Positions 17,932-28,639 of a stretch of 64,000 nt of DNA are shown here, in pieces. Positions within the stretch are counted from its first letter, which is position 1. Each line of letters opens with the position of its first letter. The notes under the pieces were generated by a model. The model did not search any database. It was not told the origin of the DNA and saw nothing but the letters and a program-made list of their open reading frames with translations. The position numbers and the translations under genes are program-made. Source of the DNA: Shigella phage ESh30; the sequence record ON528740. The stretch is one strand, 5' to 3'.

Positions 17932-18204
17932 ATGAATAAAAACATTGATACAGTTCGTGAAATTATTACTGTTGCATCTATTTTGATTAAATTTTCCAGA
18001 GAAGATATTGTTGAGAATCGTGCTAATTTTATTGCATTTCTTAATGAGATTGGAGTAACGCATGAAGGTAGAAAATTAAATCAGAATTCATTCCGTAAAA
18101 TTGTTTCTGAATTAACTCAAGAAGATAAGAAAACCCTCATCGACGAATTCAACGAGGGTTTTGAGGGTGTATATCGATATCTAGAGATGTATACGAACAA
18201 ATAA
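17932..18204 (+). CDS. asiA: anti-sigma-70 factor AsiA (90 aa)
   Basis: MNKNIDTVREIITVASILIKFSREDIVENRANFIAFLNEIGVTHEGRKLNQNSFRKIVSELTQEDKKTLIDEFNEGFEGVYRYLEMYTNK recognised as T4 AsiA. Confidence 0.92.
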   Translation: MNKNIDTVREIITVASILIKFSREDIVENRANFIAFLNEIGVTHEGRKLNQNSFRKIVSELTQEDKKTLIDEFNEGFEGVYRYLEMYTNK

Positions 18205-18861
18205 TTATTTAGCCCTTCCTAATATTCTGGCCGCCTGAGCACATATTGATTCAAGGCGGTCATTACTTATATGATCATTTCTATACCAGTACATGGTTAT
18301 CGTTCCAGCATAGATATTATCCAAATTAAAATATGGACAACTGTACATGTAGTTTATTTCGGGAGTAGGCTTTTTAGTTGGTAAAAAAGCAAATTTTGAG
18401 TCAGAATAATAATGACGTCCATTTAAATGAACTGTATATTCATCCATAGTTTTATCAACAGGATATCCTCCAAGTGATTTTTCACTTATTGTTGAAGGTA
18501 ATTTTCCTTCATATGCTATAATATCAACAAAATAGTTTAAGTTTTTAGGGCGGAAAGAATACACCGCACTAAAGTCTGCCTCAGATGATATATGAACTAT
18601 CTGGAGTTGTTCCAGGGCGACAGATTCAAAGCGTGCATTTCTTTCCTTTTCAATAATTTCACTGTATGTTTCATACTTTGATTGCTTATAGTACTCAAAG
18701 AAACTATCTCCCCTATACCAAACAATCGCCATCATAAATAAAAGAATTACGACAGCTACCCGGGAAGCAAGAACTTTCCCGGTAGCGTTATCTTTGAACA
18801 AGCGATCTAGAACACCAAACAGAATATCAGAGGGCGAAAATGATATTCTAGGTGCTGCCAT
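18205..18861 (-). CDS. t: holin T (218 aa)
   Basis: MAAPRISFSPSDILFGVLDRLFKDNATGKVLASRVAVVILLFMMAIVWYRGDSFFEYY...; single TM segment + large periplasmic domain; convergent with asiA with zero spacer. Confidence 0.92.
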   Translation of the reverse strand: MAAPRISFSPSDILFGVLDRLFKDNATGKVLASRVAVVILLFMMAIVWYRGDSFFEYYKQSKYETYSEIIEKERNARFESVALEQLQIVHISSEADFSAVYSFRPKNLNYFVDIIAYEGKLPSTISEKSLGGYPVDKTMDEYTVHLNGRHYYSDSKFAFLPTKKPTPEINYMYSCPYFNLDNIYAGTITMYWYRNDHISNDRLESICAQAARILGRAK

Positions 18862-18892
18862 AGACCCTCCTTTTAAGGATATTTATTCAAAA

Positions 18893-19693
18893 TTATACCC
18901 TTGGACCATATATTACTCCAACATTTTGCCATGTTGGAGCTGATCCTATAACAGCATATCCGGCAGCGCCACCAGCTCCAACTTTTAGAACTTTACCGCC
19001 ATCATACCAGGCATTTTGTCCATTTGCGCCAGCATCACCACCCTGGCCAGAGTGAGCATTACCATAATTATAACCACCTCCTGGGCCATCATAAGAAGCT
19101 GCGCCGCCGGAATAACCTCCGCCTCCTCCTGGGCCAAATGGTCTTCCTCCACCACCACTAATATCTTGCCAATTTGCACCAGAGTGAGGACGATAAGCGA
19201 TACCACCTCCACCTCCACCTCCACCACAAATTACTCCACCGTTATTAATTCTTAATCGTCCACCGATGTCATTTTGAATACAATGACCACCTTGTTGACC
19301 ATTACCATCTCCGCCGGAATGAGTCCATCCACCCTGTCCACCTCTACCCCACATATGGACGCCGCCACCAATATTCAACTGAACATATTCATTAGGTGTA
19401 TCTCCGTACATGAAGAATAAAGGAACGTCTCTAGAATATGATACCAAATTTCCGGTAATATTAAACACTATAGGTGCACTACCTGCCTCAAAACATCTAT
19501 CTCGGAACCATTGACCATTGAAGTTATGGTCTGCTCCAAGTGTATGAATAATTTCTCGTGAGCGACCTGCAAATTGACTCATCCAGCAAGGAACACCCAA
19601 TCTTAATTGACCAGCCGCTTGACTCATCCATCGTTGCCCTGTTTCATTTGCGGCTGAACTTCCAATCCAACCAGGAACACCAACTACTGCCAT
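18893..19693 (-). CDS. 38: long-tail-fibre tip adhesin gp38, T2-type (glycine-rich motifs separating variable segments), ~266 aa
   Basis: Start taken at [13 protein letters not shown] (ORF track extends to 19762); poly-Gly runs GGGGGGGG / GGGG / GGGGG typical of T2-family gp38 adhesins. Confidence 0.8.
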   Translation of the reverse strand: MAVVGVPGWIGSSAANETGQRWMSQAAGQLRLGVPCWMSQFAGRSREIIHTLGADHNFNGQWFRDRCFEAGSAPIVFNITGNLVSYSRDVPLFFMYGDTPNEYVQLNIGGGVHMWGRGGQGGWTHSGGDGNGQQGGHCIQNDIGGRLRINNGGVICGGGGGGGGIAYRPHSGANWQDISGGGGRPFGPGGGGGYSGGAASYDGPGGGYNYGNAHSGQGGDAGANGQNAWYDGGKVLKVGAGGAAGYAVIGSAPTWQNVGVIYGPRV

Positions 19694-19704
19694 AATTATC
19701 TCCA

Positions 19705-19723
19705 AAGGGGGCGTTGCCCCCTT
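19705..19723 (-). promoter_or_regulatory. GC hairpin (agggggc-gtt-gccccct) in the 37-38 intergenic spacer
   Basis: Inverted repeat between gp37 stop (19728) and gp38 RBS. Confidence 0.4.
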
Positions 19724-19727
19724 GTTG

Positions 19728-22700
19728 TTAGAATTTAAAGTATTTACCAATTTTGCGAGCAATTTTAGTGAAGAAAGGCGTTTTCAATTCTTTAATTTCT
19801 TCACTCATTTCCTGAATGGCCTTAATTAAAAGAGCATTCACAGCAGAGTTAGAAATTGTCAGAACTTCGTCTGGTTTATCAAGGTTGCCAATTTTCGAAA
19901 TATTAATCGCTTCTGGTAATATTTCTTGTAAATCCTGTGCGATAATGCCAATCTCATGACCGATAATTTCACGGTCCTTAAGAGATTTAACTTTATCGTA
20001 AGTTTTAACTTTCAGTTTACCGATTAAATCGGTTGCATTTCCTATATAATCTTCGATGTTTTCTTTGAGGCGACGGTCTGATCGAATATAAACATCGTTA
20101 AAGTTTCCGTTACCAGTGGCATGAAATTCTCCACTTGCATTGAATTGATAATTAGCATCCTGAACATGGAGAACCGCTGACGCAGTATTATTACTATTAC
20201 CGGGCATATGAACGTCCAGAGCAGCGATGTAGTTACGCCCCCAATCAACCGCTTTCCAAATAGCATGAGCACTATCAACGCTTTGTTGACAGTCAAGCAA
20301 CAAACCAGCAGGGCGGTCTCTCCAATTCGCATAAGCACCACCAGAAACTTCACCGCGAATAAGCCCTTGATCTCCGGCATAAGGAACACGCTCTCCCGTT
20401 TTAATCATTGCACCCCGGAAGTGATGACTAAATGAACCCCCATAATTATTTCGTATATGTAAAATACCATCATCGGTCGCCCAAATAACAGCCTTTTCTG
20501 TTTCGCTATCATCTCTAAACCAGATATGGCGTGCACCAGTTGAGTTTTTGATGGTTATTCCGTTAGGTCCATGCACGGTCAAAGCACCAGATACATCAAA
20601 TAAAACGGTGTTATCTGTTCTACGTTCCGTATAGAAGTGATAACCTTTGGAATCACCGATTTCCATCACTGCCGCGCGACCAACTTCTGAATTTCCCCAA
20701 TTATTGATATGGAATCGTTCAGAGCTATTATTCATCTGATTTAGGTGTAATGTACCATCAGTGAATGTTTCGCCAAAGAAACGAGTTTTAATTGCACCAG
20801 TCGCTAAAGTACGTTCAGTGGAAAAATGAACGCCTTTGCTGTCTTCTAACTGAATAATGTTATCGCGCGCATTATTACTATCACCCCAATGGTTAAATTT
20901 AAAATAATCTCGTGATCCTAAACGTCCGGCATCAAAAGTCATCAAGCCTTTTATATTAATATCACCACCAAAAAATGCGGTGAGAGAATCGCGTTTTAAA
21001 ATTAAAACGTTAGCACCACTAGCACCACCCAAAATAACATCGCCAGTTTTTAATTGATAGCGGAAAGGTCTATTTGTATTAAAGTTTCCATCTTGATCAT
21101 TTTCGTCGGTGGAAAGAATATAAAGACTCTCTCCATCATTACGGAAAATTGTACCAAATTTTCCGCCATACATACGGAATGCATTAGATGAGCGGAATTT
21201 AACTTCTGTTTTAAATGTGGTAGTGTTATTAAGGTTAACAGTAGAGTTAAAATTGGTAGGAGCACCGAAGTTAACAGCACCATTAAAATCTTGTTGAGCT
21301 GTCCATGTGTGGCGACCATCTTCAAGAACAACACGGCGGACTGTGCAAGTTCTATTTCCAGAATTACCGAACACACGAACGACAAAATAACGGTAGTTTG
21401 TCTGGGATACAGTACCGCGCCAAACCTGAACAGTACGCCCTGTGCTAGTGTGTTCGCTAGGACCAACGGAAAACATAACCAGGTTTCCGTCAATCGTCCC
21501 CCAATCCATATTTGCTGGCATGTTCTTGACTTTATTCAGCGGTACGCTAAACATACTACCAGGAACAAAATCAAATGTTTGCCAATCTAACTCTGTTAAT
21601 TGAGATTTAACACCACCCATACCCAAAGTAATTGGCAGAGAATAAGATGTATATACTTCGTTCCATGCGCCCCACGCATCACCAGTATATGCACGCTCAA
21701 AAATACGTCCGCGAGTAGTTGCACCCGTTCCGGCAGTAGTAAATTTTTGGAAAATAGCACCACCAGAAGCACGCTGTTTAACTTCCAGCAAACCAACAAT
21801 AACAGGCGGCAAACCTTCACCTGTAGGGCAGTTAATAACGGCATCAGTGCCTAAAATATTATATAAACCAGGAGTTTTAAAATCATTCAGGTTTCCGTCA
21901 TAGAAAGTCGCTGGTGTGCCATGACCAACCTGCTTCCATTCCTCCCACTTAGGCGCACTAGCATCCCATGCAGCAGCGAGACAACGAGTATATACAACAC
22001 CAAATCTGGTTGTATATCTTTGTGTACGAGAATAGTTTCCACCTTCATATACTTCCAAAAGACCTTGAGCTGACGACCCCTCTTCTGGGAAATTTCTGTC
22101 AAAGGTAGCAATGGAACTTGAACTATTTCGCCACAAACCAAAGTGTTCAGCGCCTCCTAGATCATTAAGATCAATTGTTGTTGACAGTGGACGAGTACCG
22201 GATTGAATATTGCGCCACGGACCCCATGGACCATCGACGCCATTCCATTTAGCAGATAAGGAACGAATATAGACGTTACCAGATCTTACAGTATAACGCT
22301 GAGTGCCAGCAAATTGGCCGGCCACAAATACTTCTAGTACACCTACGGCATTTTCTTCTGGGAATTTATTTGCTGGTTGCGCATTTGTTGAAGTAGATTT
22401 CGACCAAACACCAAGATATTCTTCAATGGGCCCATACGTATCTAAATTAGCATCAGTAGGTAATTCGCCATTATTTTTTATAAATGTTGTGCTATTGACA
22501 TTTATGTCAGATGGAGTTAAGGTAATGTCCTTTGACCCATCAAAAGATATACCATTAATTTTCCTAGGTGTTTGCAATTTAGTAGCTGTGCTAGAATTTC
22601 CAATTAAAGTTCCAGTTATATTTTCTGTAACCTCTAAAGACCCATTTATAGTTCCTCCATATTTTAAACCTAATTCTATAACACTACCTGAGTCATCTTT

Positions 22701-22820
22701 TGTGAAAATTGTTTTATCTTTTAAGTTTATAGCCAATTCACCTTCGGCTAATACTGAAGCAGCAGGACGTTGACCTGCAGTTTTGCTTCTTTTAAATTGT
22801 ATTTGTTTTAAAGTAGCCAT
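19728..22820 (-). CDS. 37: long tail fibre distal subunit gp37 (1030 aa) with C-terminal intramolecular-chaperone-like domain
   Basis: 1030-aa ORF downstream of gp36; C-terminus [14 protein letters not shown]...[19 protein letters not shown] resembles the self-cleaving chaperone domain of phage fibres. Confidence 0.88.
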   Translation of the reverse strand: MATLKQIQFKRSKTAGQRPAASVLAEGELAINLKDKTIFTKDDSGSVIELGLKYGGTINGSLEVTENITGTLIGNSSTATKLQTPRKINGISFDGSKDITLTPSDINVNSTTFIKNNGELPTDANLDTYGPIEEYLGVWSKSTSTNAQPANKFPEENAVGVLEVFVAGQFAGTQRYTVRSGNVYIRSLSAKWNGVDGPWGPWRNIQSGTRPLSTTIDLNDLGGAEHFGLWRNSSSSIATFDRNFPEEGSSAQGLLEVYEGGNYSRTQRYTTRFGVVYTRCLAAAWDASAPKWEEWKQVGHGTPATFYDGNLNDFKTPGLYNILGTDAVINCPTGEGLPPVIVGLLEVKQRASGGAIFQKFTTAGTGATTRGRIFERAYTGDAWGAWNEVYTSYSLPITLGMGGVKSQLTELDWQTFDFVPGSMFSVPLNKVKNMPANMDWGTIDGNLVMFSVGPSEHTSTGRTVQVWRGTVSQTNYRYFVVRVFGNSGNRTCTVRRVVLEDGRHTWTAQQDFNGAVNFGAPTNFNSTVNLNNTTTFKTEVKFRSSNAFRMYGGKFGTIFRNDGESLYILSTDENDQDGNFNTNRPFRYQLKTGDVILGGASGANVLILKRDSLTAFFGGDINIKGLMTFDAGRLGSRDYFKFNHWGDSNNARDNIIQLEDSKGVHFSTERTLATGAIKTRFFGETFTDGTLHLNQMNNSSERFHINNWGNSEVGRAAVMEIGDSKGYHFYTERRTDNTVLFDVSGALTVHGPNGITIKNSTGARHIWFRDDSETEKAVIWATDDGILHIRNNYGGSFSHHFRGAMIKTGERVPYAGDQGLIRGEVSGGAYANWRDRPAGLLLDCQQSVDSAHAIWKAVDWGRNYIAALDVHMPGNSNNTASAVLHVQDANYQFNASGEFHATGNGNFNDVYIRSDRRLKENIEDYIGNATDLIGKLKVKTYDKVKSLKDREIIGHEIGIIAQDLQEILPEAINISKIGNLDKPDEVLTISNSAVNALLIKAIQEMSEEIKELKTPFFTKIARKIGKYFKF

Positions 22821-22828
22821 AAGTCCTC

Positions 22829-23479
22829 TTAATAATAGCCGAAATCTTGAACAGAATCCTTCATTACGATTTGGTCAAATCGTGGAACGTGTGAAGGTTG
22901 AGATGCAGGATTCTGTGAAAAAAGGTTTGGCGCAGTTAAATTTCCTGTCATAGTGTCTCCAGAGCGTAATACCCTAGAGTTTGCATTTGCTGTAACAGTA
23001 TTTATTGCTCCATCAACATAATCTTTGCGAGTAACATCAGATGCTGCGGAAGGAGTAGATGTAACAGTTACAGATGGAGCCGTTACAGCTTTGGTAAATG
23101 TTGTCAAACCTTCTGGCGTAATAGTAATTTGTCCAGTAGTGATTTCACTACCTGCTGGTCTAAAACTAATACCGCCAGAAGAGCCACCAACTACAAGAGT
23201 ATTACCAGTGCCGCCACCAGAACGAATTCGGATAGGGGTTTCATTATTACTTAATTGAAGATAACTATTTACCCCGTAATTAATAGTAATTGGACCGGCG
23301 TAAGTACCACCATTAGCTTTAGAAACGAAATCGTTATCAGCTGCCTGCGGTTTATTATATTCTGAATATATTTTAAATGATTTGTAGAGTACATCGTCAC
23401 CGGCTGAATTCAATGGAAAATTTCCTTGATGCCAAATGACAGATCCACCCACAGTTGAACCTACTTTTAAATCAGCCAT
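22829..23479 (-). CDS. 36: long tail fibre distal connector gp36 (216 aa)
   Basis: Length and position between 35 and 37. Confidence 0.82.
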   Translation of the reverse strand: MADLKVGSTVGGSVIWHQGNFPLNSAGDDVLYKSFKIYSEYNKPQAADNDFVSKANGGTYAGPITINYGVNSYLQLSNNETPIRIRSGGGTGNTLVVGGSSGGISFRPAGSEITTGQITITPEGLTTFTKAVTAPSVTVTSTPSAASDVTRKDYVDGAINTVTANANSRVLRSGDTMTGNLTAPNLFSQNPASQPSHVPRFDQIVMKDSVQDFGYY

Positions 23480-23502
23480 TATATGCCCCTTTATTTTAAT
23501 AT

Positions 23503-23510
23503 TATTTATA
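23503..23510 (-). promoter_or_regulatory. T4 late promoter TATAAATA (on - strand) upstream of gene 36
   Basis: tatttata on + strand = TATAAATA on - strand, 24 nt upstream of gp36 start codon. Confidence 0.65.
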
Positions 23511-23517
23511 AAGAAAA

Positions 23518-23540
23518 AGGGAACCCGAAGGCTCCCTCAG
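23518..23540 (-). terminator. hairpin gggagcc-UUCG-ggttccc followed by T-run (- strand) after gene 35
   Basis: Inverted repeat with one G-U pair and TTTTT on the minus strand. Confidence 0.5.
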
Positions 23541-23541
23541 T

Positions 23542-24657
23542 TTAAACTTCTCTAAATTCCTGTCCAAACACTTTGCCAGTTTTAGAAGAGGCTTGTGTAG
23601 GAAGTACCATTATATCTGGAGGTGAAGCCGATTCACAGACATAATTAACGCGAATACCGTTGACGCCAAATTCGGCAGGTTTTGAAATGCCGCCATTTCT
23701 TGATACTTCAGAAAAACTTAAATTTCTCATGCCGCCTTGACCTGCTTGAGCAGTTCTTTGTGCATATATCGTAAATCCTACGGCGTTTTCTGGAACAACT
23801 ACATAGTCTTCTTTTAATTCCCAAGACCCAGCTTGCCCAGTAAACTCAGCTTGGGTCGAAGAAATATATCCATTTGATGCATCATAAAAACGAATAGATA
23901 TATTTGTAGTTCCAAGATCAAGTAAATCAGAATCAGCATATAGTTGTGCTTTAAGATAAAGAACATCACCAGGAATTAAATTGTAGTCAGAAAGTTTACT
24001 TATAGCAGCTGAAGTTGGCAATCGCGCAATTTCATTATTAGTTCCTCCAACCGCAGACATAAATTGCTCAACGCTTTCGTATGTTCTTTTAGGAAATCCT
24101 GTAGCTCCGACGTCTTCTAAACTATCAAATACAACATCTAAAATAGTTTGATAATCATCTGTGCTTTTTCTATTACTTAGTTTAACATGCTCTAATGCAA
24201 TAGCTCTTTTAGAAGAAGTATAAAAAGCAGCATATGACACGTCAAATCTTGACAATACTGAATCTGATGGAAAAACTGAAGTTCCTGCTCCCCTTAACCA
24301 AGATACCACTTCAGGAGGAAAATTAACCTTTCCGCTAGTTAATATAGCAACAAGTCTATTGTTTGACAAAGAATTCATGAAACTGACAAAAGCGGCAGAT
24401 GTTGTATTGTTTGAAGCAGAAAAAGCATATGACTTGCTATCAACTAATGCTCCCGTAGAAGGGTCAAAAACTCTTAAATGAAGACCTGCACTAAATGTTT
24501 GATTTCCAACGGGACTATCCTGAAATTTAACATATGGCCCCGCAGTAGAAAGCGGGCAAGAACCCGCTATGCTTATTTTATATCTTACTGAATTGCTTTC
24601 CGATAAAAATGGCGTTTGGACATATCCTTGTCCAAACTCTGCCATAAATTTTTCCAT
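23542..24657 (-). CDS. 35: long tail fibre hinge connector gp35 (371 aa)
   Basis: Length and position between 34 and 36. Confidence 0.82.
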   Translation of the reverse strand: MEKFMAEFGQGYVQTPFLSESNSVRYKISIAGSCPLSTAGPYVKFQDSPVGNQTFSAGLHLRVFDPSTGALVDSKSYAFSASNNTTSAAFVSFMNSLSNNRLVAILTSGKVNFPPEVVSWLRGAGTSVFPSDSVLSRFDVSYAAFYTSSKRAIALEHVKLSNRKSTDDYQTILDVVFDSLEDVGATGFPKRTYESVEQFMSAVGGTNNEIARLPTSAAISKLSDYNLIPGDVLYLKAQLYADSDLLDLGTTNISIRFYDASNGYISSTQAEFTGQAGSWELKEDYVVVPENAVGFTIYAQRTAQAGQGGMRNLSFSEVSRNGGISKPAEFGVNGIRVNYVCESASPPDIMVLPTQASSKTGKVFGQEFREV

Positions 24658-24665
24658 AATACCTC

Positions 24666-27600
24666 TTATTCAATCCACTCAAATTTAACAGTTTTATTCA
24701 CTGGGTCAGGAATAATGCGAACATTACCAATTCGCAAGAAATCGCGAATAGTAAGATTACCTATTATTCCATTATCAGATGGGATCGCTCCTATATCTGA
24801 AGGTTGAGGAGGGTTACCTCCGTCAAATACCTGAACAAAACTTGACCAAGAGTTTTTGGTTTTCTGCCATGTACGTGTCCAGCGAGTGGTACGTGCTTCT
24901 GGGGTCGTTGGATAAGTAATCCAATCTTGGTAAAGTGAATCAAGTGTGTTACCAAACTGAGTCAATGTACCAGGAGATTTAACTTCTTCACCACGTTCTA
25001 AGTATGGAAGTCCAGTCACTTCATTAGTTTTTTCAACCATTTTAAAATAACCCGGGAACTGGTTATAAGTGGCTGAATCATTAATATCGATTGACCAGAA
25101 TCCTACTGTATCAGATGTTGGCGCACGGGTATATAAATCAGAGGTTTTAGTACCCTGAGAACGAATTCTCGAGTTAACAGTCAAACCACCCGAACTTATA
25201 GTAGCACCTTTTGCAATGATTAAGCTTTCACCAATCGTTACTTGGCCAGATGCATTATTAATAGCTAAAGGACGCAATCCATTAAATCCGCCAGTCTGAT
25301 CACCCGATGCAGTAAGCATAAAATTCGTTACTGACCCGTCATTGCGAACAATGAAACCATAATTTCCGCTAATAGCACGGAAAGCATTTGCGCTTCGAGA
25401 AATAATTTCACCAGTTGCAGTGACTGAATTACCAAATGTTGCTACACCATTTGCATTCAATGTTCCTGAAGCATTCACATTTATCGGCGTTACTGTACCG
25501 TTGATATTAAATGTTATATTTCCAGCTTTATTACGCTGAGAATAAAAATGACTAGACGTTTCATCACTAACTTCAAATACGGTAGAACGTGTTGTGTCTG
25601 ATTCCCCACTAAATTGATTTCCCCACACTCTGACTGTCATCGTTTGAGCTGGGTTTGTTCCAGTTTGAGGTCCTTTCTCAAAAATCAGACGAGTTGCCGT
25701 TCCAGTATTAGAAATAGTTAATGTACTATTTGCTGAAACTGATCCACCGAATGTAGCAGTACTAGATGATACAAGAGGGGCACTCAGATTCGTTTGTTGG
25801 GTTAAGGTTAGTGAACCATTAACTGTTTGTGCAATGTCCCTACGAATGAACTGGAGCGAATCTAGACCATCTAATAAATTACTATCTACAGCTTTTGCTT
25901 TTAATGGCAAATAATTTGCTAATACGCGATTTAATTCATATGGTGATACTGCATAACCATTTTTCTCATATGATTCTAATGGCTGTGTTGAACCTACCGT
26001 ATCATTACCAACGAATGTAATTGAACCAGATGAAGTTTTAACAAAACCTCTTATTGCAGTAGTAGCTGCCCAAGTAGGTTCACTCTGCACAATCCATTTT
26101 AAATTTTTTGGAGATACAGCAGTATTTGCTGACGTTCCAGCCACAGTTTCAGACTGAGTTGCAACTTTAATGACACCTTCCTGTGCTTCAGTAGATTTAG
26201 TACCTAAAAGCTTTTTAGGAGTTATTAAAACATTATCTAATGTTCCTGCAGCAGCTTCAACTTGTGTAGCTACACGAAGTGTACCACGCTGTGTCTCATT
26301 TGCTTCAAGAATATTAAGGGTATAATGGTCCCAGAGAGTTCCTGATTCAACTAATCCAGATAGAGCAACAACAGAAGTACGATCAGTACTATTAAATCTG
26401 GTTTTAATTTTTAATGGTGTAGAGATACGAGTATCGTCGACGCCTGCGTCGAATTCAACCTGTGTAGCAATTTCAGCTATACCACTTAAACTTTCAGTTG
26501 CTCTACGGTCATTTAAAGTTTTAGGAGTGACTGCACGAGTATAATCAGTTCCTGTATTAACTTCACTTTGTGTAGCAATTTCAATTAAACCAATTCTTGC
26601 ATCAGTTGATGTCTTTTTATGTAACGTTTCTGGCGTTACAACCGCATTTGCCCATCCTTCTTGGCTTTGTCCAGCAATTACTTCACTTTCAACTGCTAAA
26701 ATTACTGCGCCTTGTTGCGTTGGAGTAGCTTTATACTGATCCAAAGCTTTAGGTGAAACAACTAAATTATTAGTGTTTTTATTATAAACATTCGTACCAT
26801 TTAATTCACGACTAGAAGCTGGAGTAGCTCCTGCGGTAGATACAAAAGTTACAATACCCGATAATGTTTCAGAACCTTGACGAGCTTGAAGCTTTTTAGG
26901 AGTGATGATTGTAGTATCATCGATACCTGTATTAGTTTCCTGCTGCGTAGCAATTTCAGCAACACCTCTGCGAGTTTCTGTAGCAGTTCTTTCATTCAGC
27001 TTTTTAGGAGTGATGATAAGGTCATCAGCAAAAGAGAATGTAGTGTTCTGATTTACTTGAGCAGTAGTTGCTATTCTTGCGATACCTCTGCGAGTTTCTG
27101 TAGCAGTACGATTAGCTAACGTTTCTGGAGTAATTGCCAATTCTTTTTGCGGAGAATTTTCTAAATCAGCATTTGCTTGAGCTTGCGTAGCTAAAGCAAT
27201 TACGCCTAATCTTGCTCTAGTAGAAGCATTTAAAGAGTCTACTCTTTCTACAGTTGGAACGTTTTGCTGTACAACCCAGTATTTTCCATCAGAATCTTCT
27301 ATATAAGCAAGTTGTAAAACTGGAACATAATTAGTTTCACCGTTAAAAACTAATTCTTGAACTGTTACCCATTCAGCTTCAGGCGGATATTCTGAACGTT
27401 TTGGGAATTGCAGCAATTGAACTGAAGAAGCAATTTTATCTTCACCAGCAGCTTTGATTTTAACTGTTTGTCCTTTTCTCATGTAATTCATGGAAATTTT
27501 AACAGTATCACCAACAGAAATATCAGTCGGAAGCTGAAGTTCAATTGTTTGGGTTGTTCCATTATTCGCGCCAAATACCATGACTTCTTCATTTGGACGA

Positions 27601-28535
27601 ATATTTGAATTAGTTGTTATAATGCGTAAACGTGCTTTACTATCCCCGTCAAACAATCTCCACAATTTCTCATTATCGTCAAACATCAAGAAACCGTCAA
27701 TCGATGTACGGCCTTCAATGGAATGAGTTCCAACTTCTTGTACTGAAGTCGTTTCATCGTATGTAGTAACAATTGTATGATAAAGTGGATTCAGTTTATC
27801 TAAATCAACGAAATTAATAATATCGCCATGATTAGCAAATCTCGGAAGTTTAACATTAATTGGTGCAGCAGAAGTAAATCTACGTACGATAAAATCATTA
27901 GATTGTGCTTGATACGCAGTCGATGGAGTAACAATCGCAGCTTCTCTGCTATAATCAGCAATATACATTTGCCACAAACGATTATTAAAAATGAATACCA
28001 TCTGTGACTTTGGATGAGTCATTAAAACTGAACGTACCTGTTCACCTCTAAAATTGACAATACTCTGATTTGAAGAATTTATTTTAACCTGATTTATGCC
28101 AGGTTTTCCACCGATATCTTGAATTATTACGGTTTCTCCATCAAGCGGAGAAGGTGGTAAAGTAAACTCAATGTCATTGCCAACTGATGTATCTACTGAA
28201 ATTGCTTCTCCGGATTTTAATTGATATGGTCCAGATGATACGGTTGTATATACGGCATCAGTACGTAATGCTTTCCAACGAATTCTATTAAAATTTCCAG
28301 CAGGTTTTGGAATATTATCCGTTGCTGCCCAAAAACGATTATTATAAATGATTACAAAATCTTTTAAATATCCACGAGTTGGATCATATTGCTGAACTGT
28401 GTTTTCTTGAATTAAGTAATCAACGTTAACACCGTCAGTTCCTACGGTACGGTCAGCTAAAGCTACGTTGATTATTTTATCGCCACCTGCGTCCAGACCA
28501 TCTTCTGCTCTGAACTTTCTTTTAATCTCGGCCAT
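24666..28535 (-). CDS. 34: long tail fibre proximal subunit gp34 (1289 aa)
   Basis: 1289 aa, identical in length to T4 gp34; N-terminus MAEIKRKFRAEDGLDAGGDKIINVALADRTVGTDGVNVDYL; internal ATETRRG repeat units. Confidence 0.92.
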   Translation of the reverse strand: MAEIKRKFRAEDGLDAGGDKIINVALADRTVGTDGVNVDYLIQENTVQQYDPTRGYLKDFVIIYNNRFWAATDNIPKPAGNFNRIRWKALRTDAVYTTVSSGPYQLKSGEAISVDTSVGNDIEFTLPPSPLDGETVIIQDIGGKPGINQVKINSSNQSIVNFRGEQVRSVLMTHPKSQMVFIFNNRLWQMYIADYSREAAIVTPSTAYQAQSNDFIVRRFTSAAPINVKLPRFANHGDIINFVDLDKLNPLYHTIVTTYDETTSVQEVGTHSIEGRTSIDGFLMFDDNEKLWRLFDGDSKARLRIITTNSNIRPNEEVMVFGANNGTTQTIELQLPTDISVGDTVKISMNYMRKGQTVKIKAAGEDKIASSVQLLQFPKRSEYPPEAEWVTVQELVFNGETNYVPVLQLAYIEDSDGKYWVVQQNVPTVERVDSLNASTRARLGVIALATQAQANADLENSPQKELAITPETLANRTATETRRGIARIATTAQVNQNTTFSFADDLIITPKKLNERTATETRRGVAEIATQQETNTGIDDTTIITPKKLQARQGSETLSGIVTFVSTAGATPASSRELNGTNVYNKNTNNLVVSPKALDQYKATPTQQGAVILAVESEVIAGQSQEGWANAVVTPETLHKKTSTDARIGLIEIATQSEVNTGTDYTRAVTPKTLNDRRATESLSGIAEIATQVEFDAGVDDTRISTPLKIKTRFNSTDRTSVVALSGLVESGTLWDHYTLNILEANETQRGTLRVATQVEAAAGTLDNVLITPKKLLGTKSTEAQEGVIKVATQSETVAGTSANTAVSPKNLKWIVQSEPTWAATTAIRGFVKTSSGSITFVGNDTVGSTQPLESYEKNGYAVSPYELNRVLANYLPLKAKAVDSNLLDGLDSLQFIRRDIAQTVNGSLTLTQQTNLSAPLVSSSTATFGGSVSANSTLTISNTGTATRLIFEKGPQTGTNPAQTMTVRVWGNQFSGESDTTRSTVFEVSDETSSHFYSQRNKAGNITFNINGTVTPINVNASGTLNANGVATFGNSVTATGEIISRSANAFRAISGNYGFIVRNDGSVTNFMLTASGDQTGGFNGLRPLAINNASGQVTIGESLIIAKGATISSGGLTVNSRIRSQGTKTSDLYTRAPTSDTVGFWSIDINDSATYNQFPGYFKMVEKTNEVTGLPYLERGEEVKSPGTLTQFGNTLDSLYQDWITYPTTPEARTTRWTRTWQKTKNSWSSFVQVFDGGNPPQPSDIGAIPSDNGIIGNLTIRDFLRIGNVRIIPDPVNKTVKFEWIE
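26965..27107 (-). repeat. exact 24-bp direct repeat (acctctgcgagtttctgtagcagt) 120 bp apart inside gene 34, encoding the repeated TATETRRG motif
   Basis: Copies at 26965..26988 and 27084..27107 on the + strand. Confidence 0.7.
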
Positions 28536-28569
28536 TCTCCCGGGCTCCTATTGTGTTTTCAATAATAAG

Positions 28570-28577
28570 TATTTATA
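28570..28577 (-). promoter_or_regulatory. T4 late promoter TATAAATA (- strand) upstream of gene 34
   Basis: tatttata on + strand, about 35 nt upstream of gp34 start codon. Confidence 0.65.
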
Positions 28578-28580
28578 CCT

Positions 28581-28610
28581 GTTTACTTTAAGATTTAGAT
28601 AGTATATAAT
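28581..28610 (+). promoter_or_regulatory. T4-type early promoter (GTTTAC ... TATATAAT) upstream of rnh, divergent from the gene 34 late promoter
   Basis: gtttactttaagatttagatagtatataat. Confidence 0.55.
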
Positions 28611-28639
28611 AGAAATCTCACTAATTGAACGAGGTTCAT

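Noticed and set aside
18985-19255. ORFs 18985..19227 (-) and 19016..19255 (+) inside gene 38
   Set aside because: Artefacts of the GGN/NCC codon repeats encoding the glycine-rich motifs, which lack stop codons in several frames.
20042-22773. Multiple ORFs on both strands inside gene 37 (for example 21050..21493 -, 21600..21854 +, 22303..22773 +)
   Set aside because: Embedded in the 1030-aa tail-fibre ORF; translations are low-complexity; no independent support.
26877-27119. Plus-strand ORF inside gene 34
   Set aside because: Coincides with the internal repeat region of gene 34; translation is Ser/Cys-rich nonsense.
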